Part shown: piece after piece, positions 10,181-21,465 of the stretch
Layout of the letters: each line of letters begins with the position of its first letter
Position numbering within the stretch: position 1 is the stretch's first letter
Origin: Patescibacteria group bacterium
GTDB taxonomy: Bacteria; Patescibacteriota; Patescibacteriia; JAHJFT01
DNA length: 64,000 nucleotides
Assembly: GCA_028710985.1 (NCBI GenBank)
Contig: JAQTTB010000001.1
Span: 523,014 to 587,013 of the forward strand
Reading direction: 5' to 3'
Program-made: the position numbers and the translations under genes
The notes under the pieces: generated by a model
The model's input: the letters and a program-made list of their open reading frames with translations, nothing else
The model's database searches: none
Told to the model about the DNA's origin: nothing

Positions 10181-11096
10181 TAAACTCGTTGCCGTGGTTG
10201 GCCCGACGGCCGGCGGCAAGACGACCTGGAGCCTTGAATTAGCCAAAAAATTCAACGGCGAGATTGTTAATGCTGACTCGCGGCAGATTTACCGTTGGAT
10301 GGACGTCGGCACGGCCAAGGAGCCGGGCCGCTGGCGCCGGGTCGGCGGGCGGCGCTTTTATGAGGTTCAGGGCGTGCCGCATTATCTGATTGATTTTCTT
10401 GAACCGAACCGCGACTTTAGCGTCGCCGAATTCCAGCGCCGCGCCATCCGCCGCATCCGCGAAATCCAGTCGCGCGGCAAACTCCCGATTTTGGTTGGCG
10501 GTACCGGTCTCTACATTAAAGCGGTAATTGACAACATGAAGATTCCCAAGGTTAAAGCGAACCAGAATCTGCGCAAAAGCCTTGAGACCAAAAGCAATGA
10601 AGAGCTTTGGAGCCTTCTCGGTCGCATGGATCCCGGCGCCCTTAAGGTGGTTGATCCACAGAACAAACGCCGCATCATCCGCGCGCTTGAAGTCTGCATT
10701 TTGACGGGCAAGCCCTTTTCCGAACAGCGGGCCATGGGTAATCCGATTTTTGATGCATTGCAAATCGGCGTGCGCGTTCCGCGGCCGCTGCTTTACGAAA
10801 GAATTGACCGGAGAGTTGACCGGATGGTTAGAGAAGGCCTGGTTCAGGAAATTCAAAACTTGCTCTCCCGCAATTTTAAATGGGGGGACCCCGGGCTTTC
10901 GGGTATCGGCTACCGGCAGATGGGATGCTACTTGCGGGGCGAATGCGAGCTCAGGGATGCGATCGGATTTCTGAAAAAAGATACCCGTCGATATTCAAAG
11001 CGTCAGGAGACCTGGTTCAAGCGCGATTCGCGCGTGAACTGGCTGGATAATTATAATCAGGCCAAAAAATTAGTCCAGGAATTTTTACAAAAATAA
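10164..11096 (+). CDS. miaA: tRNA dimethylallyltransferase
   Basis: The P-loop VVGPTAGGKT plus DSRQIYRWMDVGTAKE motif identifies it. The chosen ATG at 10164 overlaps the miaB stop by 17 nt. The ORF track begins earlier, at 10116. Confidence 0.9.
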   Translation: MIKKSNKLVAVVGPTAGGKTTWSLELAKKFNGEIVNADSRQIYRWMDVGTAKEPGRWRRVGGRRFYEVQGVPHYLIDFLEPNRDFSVAEFQRRAIRRIREIQSRGKLPILVGGTGLYIKAVIDNMKIPKVKANQNLRKSLETKSNEELWSLLGRMDPGALKVVDPQNKRRIIRALEVCILTGKPFSEQRAMGNPIFDALQIGVRVPRPLLYERIDRRVDRMVREGLVQEIQNLLSRNFKWGDPGLSGIGYRQMGCYLRGECELRDAIGFLKKDTRRYSKRQETWFKRDSRVNWLDNYNQAKKLVQEFLQK

Positions 11097-11099
11097 AAA

Positions 11100-11156
11100 T
11101 ATCGCCCGGTACGGGCGATATTTTTTTGTAGAGGTCGCATATATGTGACCTCTACA
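11100..11156. terminator. Two adjacent hairpins (atcgcccggtacgggcgat and agaggtcgcatatatgtgacctct) between convergent miaA and gatB.
   Basis: Both are perfect stems with flanking T runs. The second belongs to the GCATATATG-loop family. Confidence 0.5.
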
Positions 11157-12665
11157 TTATTTTTGTAAAAATTTTTCAAGCAGAACCTTCGTGATATTCG
11201 GATCCGCGGTTCCTTCGGATTTTATCATCACCTGGCCGACAAAAAATTGGATGAGCGCGGTTTTTCCGGCGCGGTAGGCCTCGGCCTTGTCCGGATTATC
11301 TTCAACTACCTGGCGGACGATTTGTTCAATTTCCGCTACGTCGCTCATCTGCCCGAGTTCGCGGTCCTCCATAATCTGGCTCGGATCCTGGCCGGTTTCA
11401 AGCATGGCTGCAAGAATTTTTTGCCCGGCGGCGCTGCCGACCTTATTCGCGTAAATTAGGCTCACGAATTCGGCGAAATTTTCCGGCGTGATTTTCAGAT
11501 TCTTGATGTCAATATTTTTATCCGCCATGGCGCCCGCGAGCTTGGAGCAGAGCCATCCGCCGACAAGTTTCGCGAGTTTATTCTTGTTCTTTTCGTAAAT
11601 TTCTTCGGACGTGCCGTCCAGGTCCGGAACCGACGCCAGCCATTCCTTGAGTTCGCTCACGGTGTTTTCCGCGTATTCGGCCCAGTCGAGGTCGCTCGTA
11701 AGAAACCGCGCGTTCTCGCCCGAAAATCCGTATTCATCCATGAATCTTTTTCTCTTGGCGGCCGGAAGCTCCGGCAGGGCGGATTTTGCGCGGGTAATCA
11801 TGTCGCCCAAATCAAGCGGGGGAATATCCGGTTCGGGAAAATAGCGGTAATCTTGCTCGGCTTCCTTGACGCGTTGTTCCACGGTTTCGCCCGCATCTTC
11901 GTCCCAGCCGCGGGTTGACTGCTGGCTCGGCGGCTTCCCCTGTCCCCAGAGTTTTTCCTGGCGCATGATTTCATATTCCAGTGCGCGTTCAACGGCCTTG
12001 AATGAATTCAGGTTTTTGATTTCGGTTTTCGGAAACAGAGTCTGCGTATCGGCCGGCCGCAAGCTTACATTGGCGTCGCAGCGCAGCTCGCCGCGCTCCA
12101 TGTCGGCGTTGGAAACTCCGAGATAGCGCATAATTGTGCGCAGCTCTTGCAAAAAAATTTTGGCTTCAAACGGAGTCGCGATGTCCGGCGCGGTCACGAT
12201 TTCAATGAGCGGGGTGCCGCCGCGGTTGTAATCAACCAGCGTGGCGTCTTTTTCATCGTGAAAAGATTTAGCCGCGTCTTCTTCAAGATGCACCCGGATG
12301 ATATTTATGCGGGCATAGTTGCGCGGTCCCTTCGGAATTTCGATTTCAAGATAGCCGTCCTTGGCGATCGGCATGTCGTATTGCGATATCTGGTAGCCTT
12401 TCGGCAGATCCGGATAGAAATAATTCTTGCGGTCGAATTTTGAACGTTCCTGGATCGTGCAGCCCAGGGCCGCCGCGGCGCGAATGCCGAATTCAATGGC
12501 CGTGGAATTCACCACCGGCAAAGCGCCCGGCTGGCCGGTGCAAACCGAACAGACCGCCGTATTAGCCGGAGTGCCGTCCGGCACATTGGCGCACGGACAG
12601 AACATCTTGGTTTTAGTCTTGAGCTGAACGTGTATTTCCAGCCCGATGACTGGCTGATATTGCAT
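11157..12665 (-). CDS. gatB: Asp/Glu-tRNA amidotransferase subunit B
   Basis: 502 aa. The N-terminus reads MQYQPVIGLEIHVQL...MFCPCAN, and a C-terminal GatB/YqeY domain is present. Confidence 0.9.
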   Translation of the reverse strand: MQYQPVIGLEIHVQLKTKTKMFCPCANVPDGTPANTAVCSVCTGQPGALPVVNSTAIEFGIRAAAALGCTIQERSKFDRKNYFYPDLPKGYQISQYDMPIAKDGYLEIEIPKGPRNYARINIIRVHLEEDAAKSFHDEKDATLVDYNRGGTPLIEIVTAPDIATPFEAKIFLQELRTIMRYLGVSNADMERGELRCDANVSLRPADTQTLFPKTEIKNLNSFKAVERALEYEIMRQEKLWGQGKPPSQQSTRGWDEDAGETVEQRVKEAEQDYRYFPEPDIPPLDLGDMITRAKSALPELPAAKRKRFMDEYGFSGENARFLTSDLDWAEYAENTVSELKEWLASVPDLDGTSEEIYEKNKNKLAKLVGGWLCSKLAGAMADKNIDIKNLKITPENFAEFVSLIYANKVGSAAGQKILAAMLETGQDPSQIMEDRELGQMSDVAEIEQIVRQVVEDNPDKAEAYRAGKTALIQFFVGQVMIKSEGTADPNITKVLLEKFLQK

Positions 12666-12703
12666 AAATCTTAATTCAGTTGATTCTGGTCCATTCGGCA
12701 GGC

Positions 12704-13435
12704 TCAGGGCATGCTTTTGAATTTCTTTAGTTCGATGTATAGAATAACGGAAATCGCGCCGGCGAGCGGCATTGCCGCCACATTAACTATTTGCGATATG
12801 AGATTACTGAGCCACGGTAGATACTGTCCCGAAGCAAATGCCTCCCATTGGCCGGTCGCCAGACCGACGAGCAGAAACAGGATCGCCGTCACGATGTAGA
12901 ATATAATCCCGTACACAAAGTAGCACGCCACGAGTCTCCAGAGCACGGCCCACCACTTGCCGGTGACGAGCTGTTTACTCTGTTTTAGAGCCGCGGTGCC
13001 GCGTGTTCCTTCCAGAACATTTATCACCGAACTGAAGGTGAACCAAACTGCAAAAATAATACCAGGAATAAGGAAGAGTAGTGTTCCGCCGAAAACCGCG
13101 AATCCGGTGAGGATTGAAACCCAAAGCAGGGGAATGATTTTTGTCCAAGCATTCTGGCTTATTGCCTTTACGTCATACTGCTCGCCGTCGTAAATTTTCG
13201 CGATTATCGCGGTCATGGTTGCAAAAACCCAGAGGCCGACAATCATCGTGCCAATTCCTGCCACGATTGCGAGAAGCATGCTCAAGATCCAGAGCTCCTG
13301 GGGGATAAGTACCACGAGAATCATCGCCACTGCCGGGATTAGGGACCAGACTGCGATTAGAATGAGCGTCTTAAAATTCGCAAAATATATGGACCAGCTT
13401 TTTTTTATAAGTTCGCCCGCGCCAATAAAGTTCAT
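12704..13435 (-). CDS. Hypothetical polytopic membrane protein
   Basis: 243 aa with about 6 predicted TM helices. No recognised motif. Confidence 0.5.
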   Translation of the reverse strand: MNFIGAGELIKKSWSIYFANFKTLILIAVWSLIPAVAMILVVLIPQELWILSMLLAIVAGIGTMIVGLWVFATMTAIIAKIYDGEQYDVKAISQNAWTKIIPLLWVSILTGFAVFGGTLLFLIPGIIFAVWFTFSSVINVLEGTRGTAALKQSKQLVTGKWWAVLWRLVACYFVYGIIFYIVTAILFLLVGLATGQWEAFASGQYLPWLSNLISQIVNVAAMPLAGAISVILYIELKKFKSMP

Positions 13436-13454
13436 AGATTTTGTTATTAAATTA

Positions 13455-14042
13455 TTAATTTATTAAATTATTGATAAGGCGCCAAACTTGTTCATGTATT
13501 TCGTCAATTGAACCGTTGGCGTTGATTTTTTTCCAGCCGTACTCTTCGCCGAGCTCAATATGAATCTGCCGGACCCGCTCCGTGAATTCATCGTCGGATT
13601 CATGCCGATGCTCTTTTTCAACACCCTGTATAAATCGTTCTCCGTTAAAGAGAATTCCCAGGTCTTCGCGCAGGAGATGGGAGTTCAGCCTTTGTAAAAA
13701 AGCCTTATCAACCCCCGCGCCGGCGCCCCAGGCGATACCGGTGCCGATATAGTCTTCAGCCACGATAATTATACCATCTTTGAGTTTCTGGCGCAGAACC
13801 GGTTCGTATTGCGTGCGGTTCAGCACTTGGATAATCTGGAACTCCCGCGACGTCAGCTCGTGCGGATTTCCGTTCCGCAGATAGTTATTCAAAATTCCGC
13901 CTGAGGGTTCAAGGTCGTAAATCGCGTACTTTAAATACTCGGCCGGTCGGCCCTCGGCGTTGAGCCGCTCCACCAGCTTCTTGGCCTGCAGAGTCTTTCC
14001 AAGATTATTGATGCCGTAGAAAACTATGAATTTGCCGGTCAT
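13455..14042 (-). CDS. Thymidylate-kinase-family P-loop kinase (putative)
   Basis: Carries the P-loop FYGINNLGKT and a segment IVAEDYIGTGIAWGAGAGVD that resembles the Tmk DRY...AYQG motif region. It is adjacent to the folA-thyA-dut genes. Confidence 0.5.
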   Translation of the reverse strand: MTGKFIVFYGINNLGKTLQAKKLVERLNAEGRPAEYLKYAIYDLEPSGGILNNYLRNGNPHELTSREFQIIQVLNRTQYEPVLRQKLKDGIIIVAEDYIGTGIAWGAGAGVDKAFLQRLNSHLLREDLGILFNGERFIQGVEKEHRHESDDEFTERVRQIHIELGEEYGWKKINANGSIDEIHEQVWRLINNLIN

Positions 14043-14047
14043 ATTAA

Positions 14048-14557
14048 TTATTTGATTACGGAATATCTCAATTGGATTGCGTTATCATCCAGTTTTTTAA
14101 TTTCCAAAAGCTTCAAGTTTATATCAACGTCCGCGCCGCGAAAAAGCGGCAGTCCCTCGCCGAAGATTTTCGGTTCAATCGTGAGCCAGATCTCGTCAAT
14201 CAGCCCGCTTTTCAAAAAAAGCCCGTTAATGGTCGCACCGCCGCCGATAATGGCGTTTGAAAATCCGCGCTTCTCGAGATCGGTGAGCAGCTCACGCGGT
14301 TCCCGATTGGTAAATTCAAGCGAGTCTGGAATATTTTTCGTGGCGTCGGGTTCGGGATTCATTACCACGTTCAGCCGGCCGGGGAGCGGCCGTCCGATGG
14401 TATCATAAGTCGTCTGCCCCATGATGATGACGCCGGCTTTTTTCGTTTCTTCAACAAAAATCTTTTTGTCCGCTTTGCTCGTCCAGGTCGCGGCATGGGC
14501 CGCGTGCTTGGCGATCTTGCCGTCAAGCGTAATCGCCATGAGGAGTATTGTTTTCAT
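14048..14557 (-). CDS. Dihydrofolate reductase family protein (RibD C-terminal-like DHFR)
   Basis: MKTILLMAITLDGKIA...GQTTYDTIGRPLPGR. The start is taken at an internal ATG, which leaves a 4-nt gap to the thyA stop. Confidence 0.7.
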   Translation of the reverse strand: MKTILLMAITLDGKIAKHAAHAATWTSKADKKIFVEETKKAGVIIMGQTTYDTIGRPLPGRLNVVMNPEPDATKNIPDSLEFTNREPRELLTDLEKRGFSNAIIGGGATINGLFLKSGLIDEIWLTIEPKIFGEGLPLFRGADVDINLKLLEIKKLDDNAIQLRYSVIK

Positions 14558-14561
14558 AAAT

Positions 14562-15434
14562 TCAGACCGCAATTTCAAATTTAATCGCCGGAAAGCTCTG
14601 ATAGTCCGCGAGTTTTGTATCGTCGTATTTCCAGTCAAAGATTGACGTGAAATTATCCGTTGCAATCCGCGGCAAGGGATACTGATTCGGATCGCGGCTG
14701 ATTTGTTCTTTTGCCCCATCCAGGTGGTTTACGTAGATGTGCGTGTCCGCCAAAAATCCCACCAGTTTTCCCTCGGCAAGTCCGGCCTCTTTGGCGAGAA
14801 GGTGCAGGAGCAGGGCATAGCTCGTGATATTAAAGGGCAGGCCGAGCATGGTGTCCACGGACCGCTGATTCCAAAGAAGATTCAGTTTATTATTGATGAC
14901 CGTCACCTGAAAAGAATAATGGCACGGCGGCAGAGCCATCTCGGCGATTTTTGACGGATTCCACGCGGAGACGATCATGCGCCGGTCATTGGGATTTTTT
15001 TTAAGCGTCTCTACGACCTGCTTGAGCTGATCCACTCCCTGGCCGGCATGGTCTTTGTCAAAACCGGCATAGTCGGCGTTAAAATGCCGCCACTGAAAGC
15101 CGTAAATCGGCCCGAGGTCGCGTTCGGCCGCCATCCGCGCCTTGGTTTCCGCGCCATGACCGTATGGCACCTTGGCGGGCGATGCCCATTCGTCCCAGAT
15201 ATGGTTATTGCGCTCCTGCAGCCATTGTTTGTCGGTCAGCCCCTTGATGAAAAATTCCAATTCGCTCGCAATGCACTTGAAGGGCATTTTTTTGGTAGTG
15301 AGCAGGGGAAAGCCCTTGCTCATATCATGTTCAAACATGGCGCCGGCAATGGCAATGGTATCCACGCCGGTGCGATTGGCTTTTCGTTCACCCTGATCAA
15401 GGATTTTTTTTACGATATCAATGTAGGCTTTCAT
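14562..15434 (-). CDS. thyA: Thymidylate synthase
   Basis: 290 aa. Reads MKAYIDIVKKILDQGERKANRTGVDT...FPLLTTKKM with a conserved C-terminal region. Confidence 0.92.
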   Translation of the reverse strand: MKAYIDIVKKILDQGERKANRTGVDTIAIAGAMFEHDMSKGFPLLTTKKMPFKCIASELEFFIKGLTDKQWLQERNNHIWDEWASPAKVPYGHGAETKARMAAERDLGPIYGFQWRHFNADYAGFDKDHAGQGVDQLKQVVETLKKNPNDRRMIVSAWNPSKIAEMALPPCHYSFQVTVINNKLNLLWNQRSVDTMLGLPFNITSYALLLHLLAKEAGLAEGKLVGFLADTHIYVNHLDGAKEQISRDPNQYPLPRIATDNFTSIFDWKYDDTKLADYQSFPAIKFEIAV

Positions 15435-15461
15435 ATTTTTCTACAAGCTACAAGCTAATTC

Positions 15462-15908
15462 CTACAAGCTGGTTTTATACCCGCCGGTCGACCCGAAACC
15501 GCCGCGGTTTGCGTTGTTCATTTCGTCGGTTTCCTCGAGCTCGGCCTTCTCGATTTTTACAAGCAGGCCCTGGGCGAGTCTTTCGCCGCGTTCAATTTTG
15601 GCGGTTTGGTTTTTAAAATTATAGAGCAGAACTTTGACCTCGTCTTCGGGTCCCCAATAGTCCTGGTCGAACACGCCGACCGAATTCGGGAGCATCAGGC
15701 CCTTTTTGCCGGGAAGGCTGGAACGGGCGATTATCAAAAATGCATAACCTTCGGGAACCCGGATTATCAGGTTCGCCGGCACCGGCACGATTTCACCCGG
15801 CGCGATTTCCGTATCAACTCGCGCGCATAAATCAAAAGCTACCGCGCCAGCGGTTTGATACTGGGGTAGCGGTAGCTCTTTATCAATTCTTTTTATTTTA
15901 ACTTTCAT
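15462..15908 (-). CDS. dut: dUTP diphosphatase
   Basis: The start is at the internal MKVKIKRIDKELPLPQYQTAGAVAFDL. Trimeric dUTPase motifs are present (GAVAFDL, ARSSL, GVFDQDYWG). Confidence 0.85.
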   Translation of the reverse strand: MKVKIKRIDKELPLPQYQTAGAVAFDLCARVDTEIAPGEIVPVPANLIIRVPEGYAFLIIARSSLPGKKGLMLPNSVGVFDQDYWGPEDEVKVLLYNFKNQTAKIERGERLAQGLLVKIEKAELEETDEMNNANRGGFGSTGGYKTSL

Positions 15909-16488
15909 TGATTTGGGAAATAATTTTTCGCGCGGCCGCGATGAGTTCTTCCATAGTGCTCTCATTTATGATTGTCCAGTCGGCCATGGCGATCGGCCCG
16001 CCCTTATCCAGATTCTCAATTTCCGCGTAGTCGCGCGACTCAGCGTCGTCGCGGGAGAATGACCGGAAAATCATTTTCGGATCCTCGCCGTGATGAGCGG
16101 CGCGGTTTTCAAGCCGCGCGTATCTTGTCTCCGGAGAAGCGTAAATGGCGATTACCTTGAGCGCTTCGCCGTATTTATTTTTAAACTCTTTGTATTCGGA
16201 CCACGAGTACAGGCCGTCCACGATGACATTGGCCTCCCGAAGAGCTTCATCAATCTTCGGAAAGTTCAAAACCGCGAATGCGGCCATGCCGTGCTTGGCG
16301 CGGAGTTCTTCGCGGATCGGGCGTTCGTTTTGCTCGCTCGGCTCCAGGCCGCGGCGCTTCACTTCGTCCAGTGTAATCTGTCCGAGCCGGACATACGCCC
16401 AGTTTTGTTTTTTAAATTCATCGGCAACCGCGGTTTTGCCCGCGCCGCACATGCCGACAAGTGCGATTATTTTTTTTGTCATATTCAT
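15898..16488 (-). CDS. P-loop nucleoside/nucleotide kinase (dNMP-kinase-like or CoaE-like fold)
   Basis: P-loop reads IALVGMCGAGKT. The exact substrate could not be assigned from sequence alone. It sits within the thymidylate cluster. Confidence 0.45.
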   Translation of the reverse strand: MNMTKKIIALVGMCGAGKTAVADEFKKQNWAYVRLGQITLDEVKRRGLEPSEQNERPIREELRAKHGMAAFAVLNFPKIDEALREANVIVDGLYSWSEYKEFKNKYGEALKVIAIYASPETRYARLENRAAHHGEDPKMIFRSFSRDDAESRDYAEIENLDKGGPIAMADWTIINESTMEELIAAARKIISQINES

Positions 16489-17033
16489 TCCGTGCGCAAT
16501 TGAACGCCGCCCTCTTTGGGATCCATGGTTTCTATCTCTTTCTGGTAAAGGCTTGCCAAAAAATTATTCACCTCTTTTTTCTCTTCATATATATCAACCT
16601 GAAGACCGGCGTCTTTAAGATATTGGATCGCCTGTTCGGCGCGGTAAATTTTCCCCAGAACAACGCGGCTGACGTGGCAGGCGACAATATATTTGCAGCA
16701 ATGCATGCAGGGGCTGTAGGTCGTATAGAGCGTCGTCCCCTCGGTGCTCGCGCCGGGAACAAGGGCGGCCTGAAGCAGGGCATTGTGTTCGCCGTGGATT
16801 GTGCGGATGCAGTGGCCTTCTTCTATGAGATGGCCGTCCGGGCCGTCGCAGTGCGGCAAGCCGGGAGGCGCGCCGTTATAGCCGGTTGAGATAATGCGGT
16901 TATTCTTCACAAGAACGGCGCCGGCGCGCAGCCGGTCGCAGGTGCTCCGGGTCGCGATAATCCGGGCAATTGCCATAAAATAGTCGTCCCATTTGGGCCG
17001 AAAATATTTTTCGTCGTTTTTTTGCTCCTCCAT
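16485..17033 (-). CDS. dCMP deaminase (cytidine/deoxycytidylate deaminase zinc-binding)
   Basis: Carries HAEHNALLQAA-like HxE and PCxxC zinc motifs (IHGEHNALL...SPCMHCCKYI). Confidence 0.85.
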   Translation of the reverse strand: MEEQKNDEKYFRPKWDDYFMAIARIIATRSTCDRLRAGAVLVKNNRIISTGYNGAPPGLPHCDGPDGHLIEEGHCIRTIHGEHNALLQAALVPGASTEGTTLYTTYSPCMHCCKYIVACHVSRVVLGKIYRAEQAIQYLKDAGLQVDIYEEKKEVNNFLASLYQKEIETMDPKEGGVQLRTE

Positions 17034-17045
17034 ATTCCGGAAAGT

Positions 17046-17726
17046 TTAAATTTCAAATTTAATGCCCGGGCCCATTGAAGTCGCGATGGTTGCGCTTTTT
17101 ACGTATTCTCCCTTTGAAGAGGGCGGTTTGACGCGCAATACCGCTTCAATGAGAGCGTTCAGGTTTTCAAGAAGCTTGGCCGAATCGAGCGACACCTTGC
17201 CGATGGTCTGATGCACGTTTGCGGTGGCATCGTTTTTGAATGTGATTTTGCCCCTCTTAATTTCTTCAATCATCTTTTTAACATTCGGGCCGACGGTATC
17301 GGTTTTGGGGTTCGGCATCAGGCCCTTGGGGCCGAGAATCTTTGCGATTTTCGCGAGTTTCGGCATCATGTCCGGAGTGGCGACCGCGACGTCAAAATCG
17401 ATCTTTTCGCTTTTTTTGATTTTTTCAATCATATCATCGCCGCCGATAATGTCGGCGCCGGCCGCTTTGGCTTCGGCTTCGCGGTCCGCGGCAACGAACG
17501 CGGCGACGCGGCGCTCCTTGCCGATTGAATGCGGAAAAATAATGGTGGAGCGAATCTGCTGTTCGCCCTTGGCCGGGTCGATGCCCAGCTGGAAGTGGGC
17601 CTCAACAGCAGCGTCGAATTTTACGGTTGAAGTTTTTTTCGCAAGTTCAATCGCCTCCGCTCGCGGATAGACCTTCTTGCGGTCAATTAATTTCTTGGCC
17701 TCCTCGTATCTTTTCGATCTTGGCAT
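17046..17726 (-). CDS. rplA: 50S ribosomal protein L1
   Basis: The start is at the internal MPRSKRYEEAKK...; classic L1 N-terminus and body. The ORF track extends to 17786. Confidence 0.9.
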   Translation of the reverse strand: MPRSKRYEEAKKLIDRKKVYPRAEAIELAKKTSTVKFDAAVEAHFQLGIDPAKGEQQIRSTIIFPHSIGKERRVAAFVAADREAEAKAAGADIIGGDDMIEKIKKSEKIDFDVAVATPDMMPKLAKIAKILGPKGLMPNPKTDTVGPNVKKMIEEIKRGKITFKNDATANVHQTIGKVSLDSAKLLENLNALIEAVLRVKPPSSKGEYVKSATIATSMGPGIKFEI

Positions 17727-17806
17727 ATTGTTTTCTCCGTGGTGCAAGCCCCCGATGCTCACTTGCGTTCGATCGGGGTCCCACAATAAGAATTAGTGAT
17801 TAAAAT

Positions 17807-18232
17807 TTATTCCTGGACCGTTACGCCCATCTGGCGCGCGGTGCCTTCGATAATCTTCATTGCCGCGTCAATATCGTGGGCATTGAGATCCGGCATTTTT
17901 TTCTCGGCGATTTCCTTCACTTGGGCGTGCGTGATTTTCCCGACTTTCTCCTGGAGCGGCTTGCCCGAACCCTTTTCGATTCCGGCCGCCTTTTTAATAA
18001 GTTCCGAAGCCGGCGGGGTCTTGGTGACAAAACTGAAAGTCGCGTCCTGGTAGACGGTAATAATCACGGGCACAACTTCGCCCATTTTGTCCTTGGTCGC
18101 GGCATTGAATTTGCTGCAGAAATCCTGGATATTCAAGCCGTGCTGGCCCAAGGCCGGGCCGACCGGCGGCGCCGGGTTTGCCTGGCCGCCCTTGAGCTGC
18201 AGCTTTATCTGCGTTTTTACTTTTTTTGCCAT
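17807..18232 (-). CDS. rplK: 50S ribosomal protein L11
   Basis: [35 protein letters not shown] (internal start). The ORF track extends to 18283. Confidence 0.9.
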   Translation of the reverse strand: MAKKVKTQIKLQLKGGQANPAPPVGPALGQHGLNIQDFCSKFNAATKDKMGEVVPVIITVYQDATFSFVTKTPPASELIKKAAGIEKGSGKPLQEKVGKITHAQVKEIAEKKMPDLNAHDIDAAMKIIEGTARQMGVTVQE

Positions 18233-18304
18233 ATTAAGATTATTAATTGGATGGCACTTACTAGAAGCTTGCCCTTTGCGCATTGAGCGGTTGGGGCAAT
18301 AAGT

Positions 18305-18386
18305 GCGGGTTGGTCGGTGAATCAGTGAATCAGTGGATCAGGATATTTGTCCCGATTAACCGGTCAACTGATTCACCGATTCACCG
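18305..18386. repeat. Inverted pair of tandem octamer repeats (cggtgaatcagtgaatcagtg ... ctgattcaccgattcaccg) that forms a long hairpin between nusG and rplK.
   Basis: Read directly. The same CGATTCAC tandem appears at 29297-29326. Confidence 0.5.
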
Positions 18387-18932
18387 TTATATTTTTTTAA
18401 TCTGCAAAAAGTCCAGTTCCACCGGAGTCTCGCGTCCGAACATATTGACCAGCACTTTGATCTTGCCGCGCGCTTCGTCCAGTTCGCTGACTTTTCCTTC
18501 GAATCCCTTGAACGGCCCGTCGACAATCTTGACCGGCGATCCGGCGGAAACATCAATCTTATACTGCGGCTCCTCAACGCCCATTCTTTTCTGTAGCGAT
18601 TTAACTTCGTCCTCGGAAAGGGGAGTCGGAACCGTGCCCGTGCCGATAAATCCGGTGACATTCGGGGTGTTGCGCACCATGTACCAGGAATCGTCCGTCA
18701 CGATCATCTCGACGAGAACATAGCCCGGAAAGATTTTCTCTTCCACGATGCGGCGCTTGCCGTTCTTGATTTTAATTTTTTTCTCTTTCGGAATCAGTAC
18801 GCCGAAGACCTTGTCTTCCATGTCGTACGACTCGATTCTCTTTTTAAGATTATCCATCACATTTTCTTCATATCCCGAATATGTGTGGATCGCATACCAG
18901 CGGCGTCCCCGCTGCAATACTTGCTTTGGCAT
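18387..18932 (-). CDS. nusG: Transcription termination/antitermination factor NusG
   Basis: The NGN domain reads RWYAIHTYSGYEENV, and a C-terminal KOW domain is present. Confidence 0.9.
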   Translation of the reverse strand: MPKQVLQRGRRWYAIHTYSGYEENVMDNLKKRIESYDMEDKVFGVLIPKEKKIKIKNGKRRIVEEKIFPGYVLVEMIVTDDSWYMVRNTPNVTGFIGTGTVPTPLSEDEVKSLQKRMGVEEPQYKIDVSAGSPVKIVDGPFKGFEGKVSELDEARGKIKVLVNMFGRETPVELDFLQIKKI

Positions 18933-18972
18933 ATGATAATATTCCTCCTAAGTTAAAAGAGCGATTTTTTAT

Positions 18973-19167
18973 TTAGCGGACGACCTGTTCCAACCCGAGG
19001 GTCAAAACATAATCGCATGCTCCTAAAAACACGGCAATTGCCAGGCTGATGCCGATCACGAGCATTGAATAGTGCGTAATTTCGGCACGGGTCGGCCAGG
19101 CGACTTTTTTTAGCTCGGCTTTTGAGGAGATGATGTACTCCACGATTTTATTTTCTTTCCAAGACAT
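18973..19167 (-). CDS. secE: Preprotein translocase subunit SecE
   Basis: 64 aa with a single C-terminal TM helix, in the conserved position upstream of nusG. Confidence 0.8.
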   Translation of the reverse strand: MSWKENKIVEYIISSKAELKKVAWPTRAEITHYSMLVIGISLAIAVFLGACDYVLTLGLEQVVR

Positions 19168-19242
19168 ATTTTTATCTTTAAAAAGCCCTGTTCGGGCTTA
19201 CGCTCACAATCATACAATATATATACAAATTTGGCAAGGTTT

Positions 19243-19278
19243 AAACGTAGTGACAAGTCGCGACTTGTCACTACGTTT
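19243..19278. terminator. Strong bidirectional hairpin aaacgtagtgacaagtcgcgacttgtcactacgttt
   Basis: A 15-bp perfect stem between convergent secE and gyrB. Confidence 0.6.
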
Positions 19279-19288
19279 GATTTTGCGA

Positions 19289-21364
<2,076 letters not shown>

Positions 21365-21465
21365 TTAACTTAATTTATGCCAATATTTTATCATTTTTTA
21401 TAGCAATTAGCAAGGTAAAATATCCGCTTGGAACAAGGCGAAAATTCTGATATAATTGACGCATT

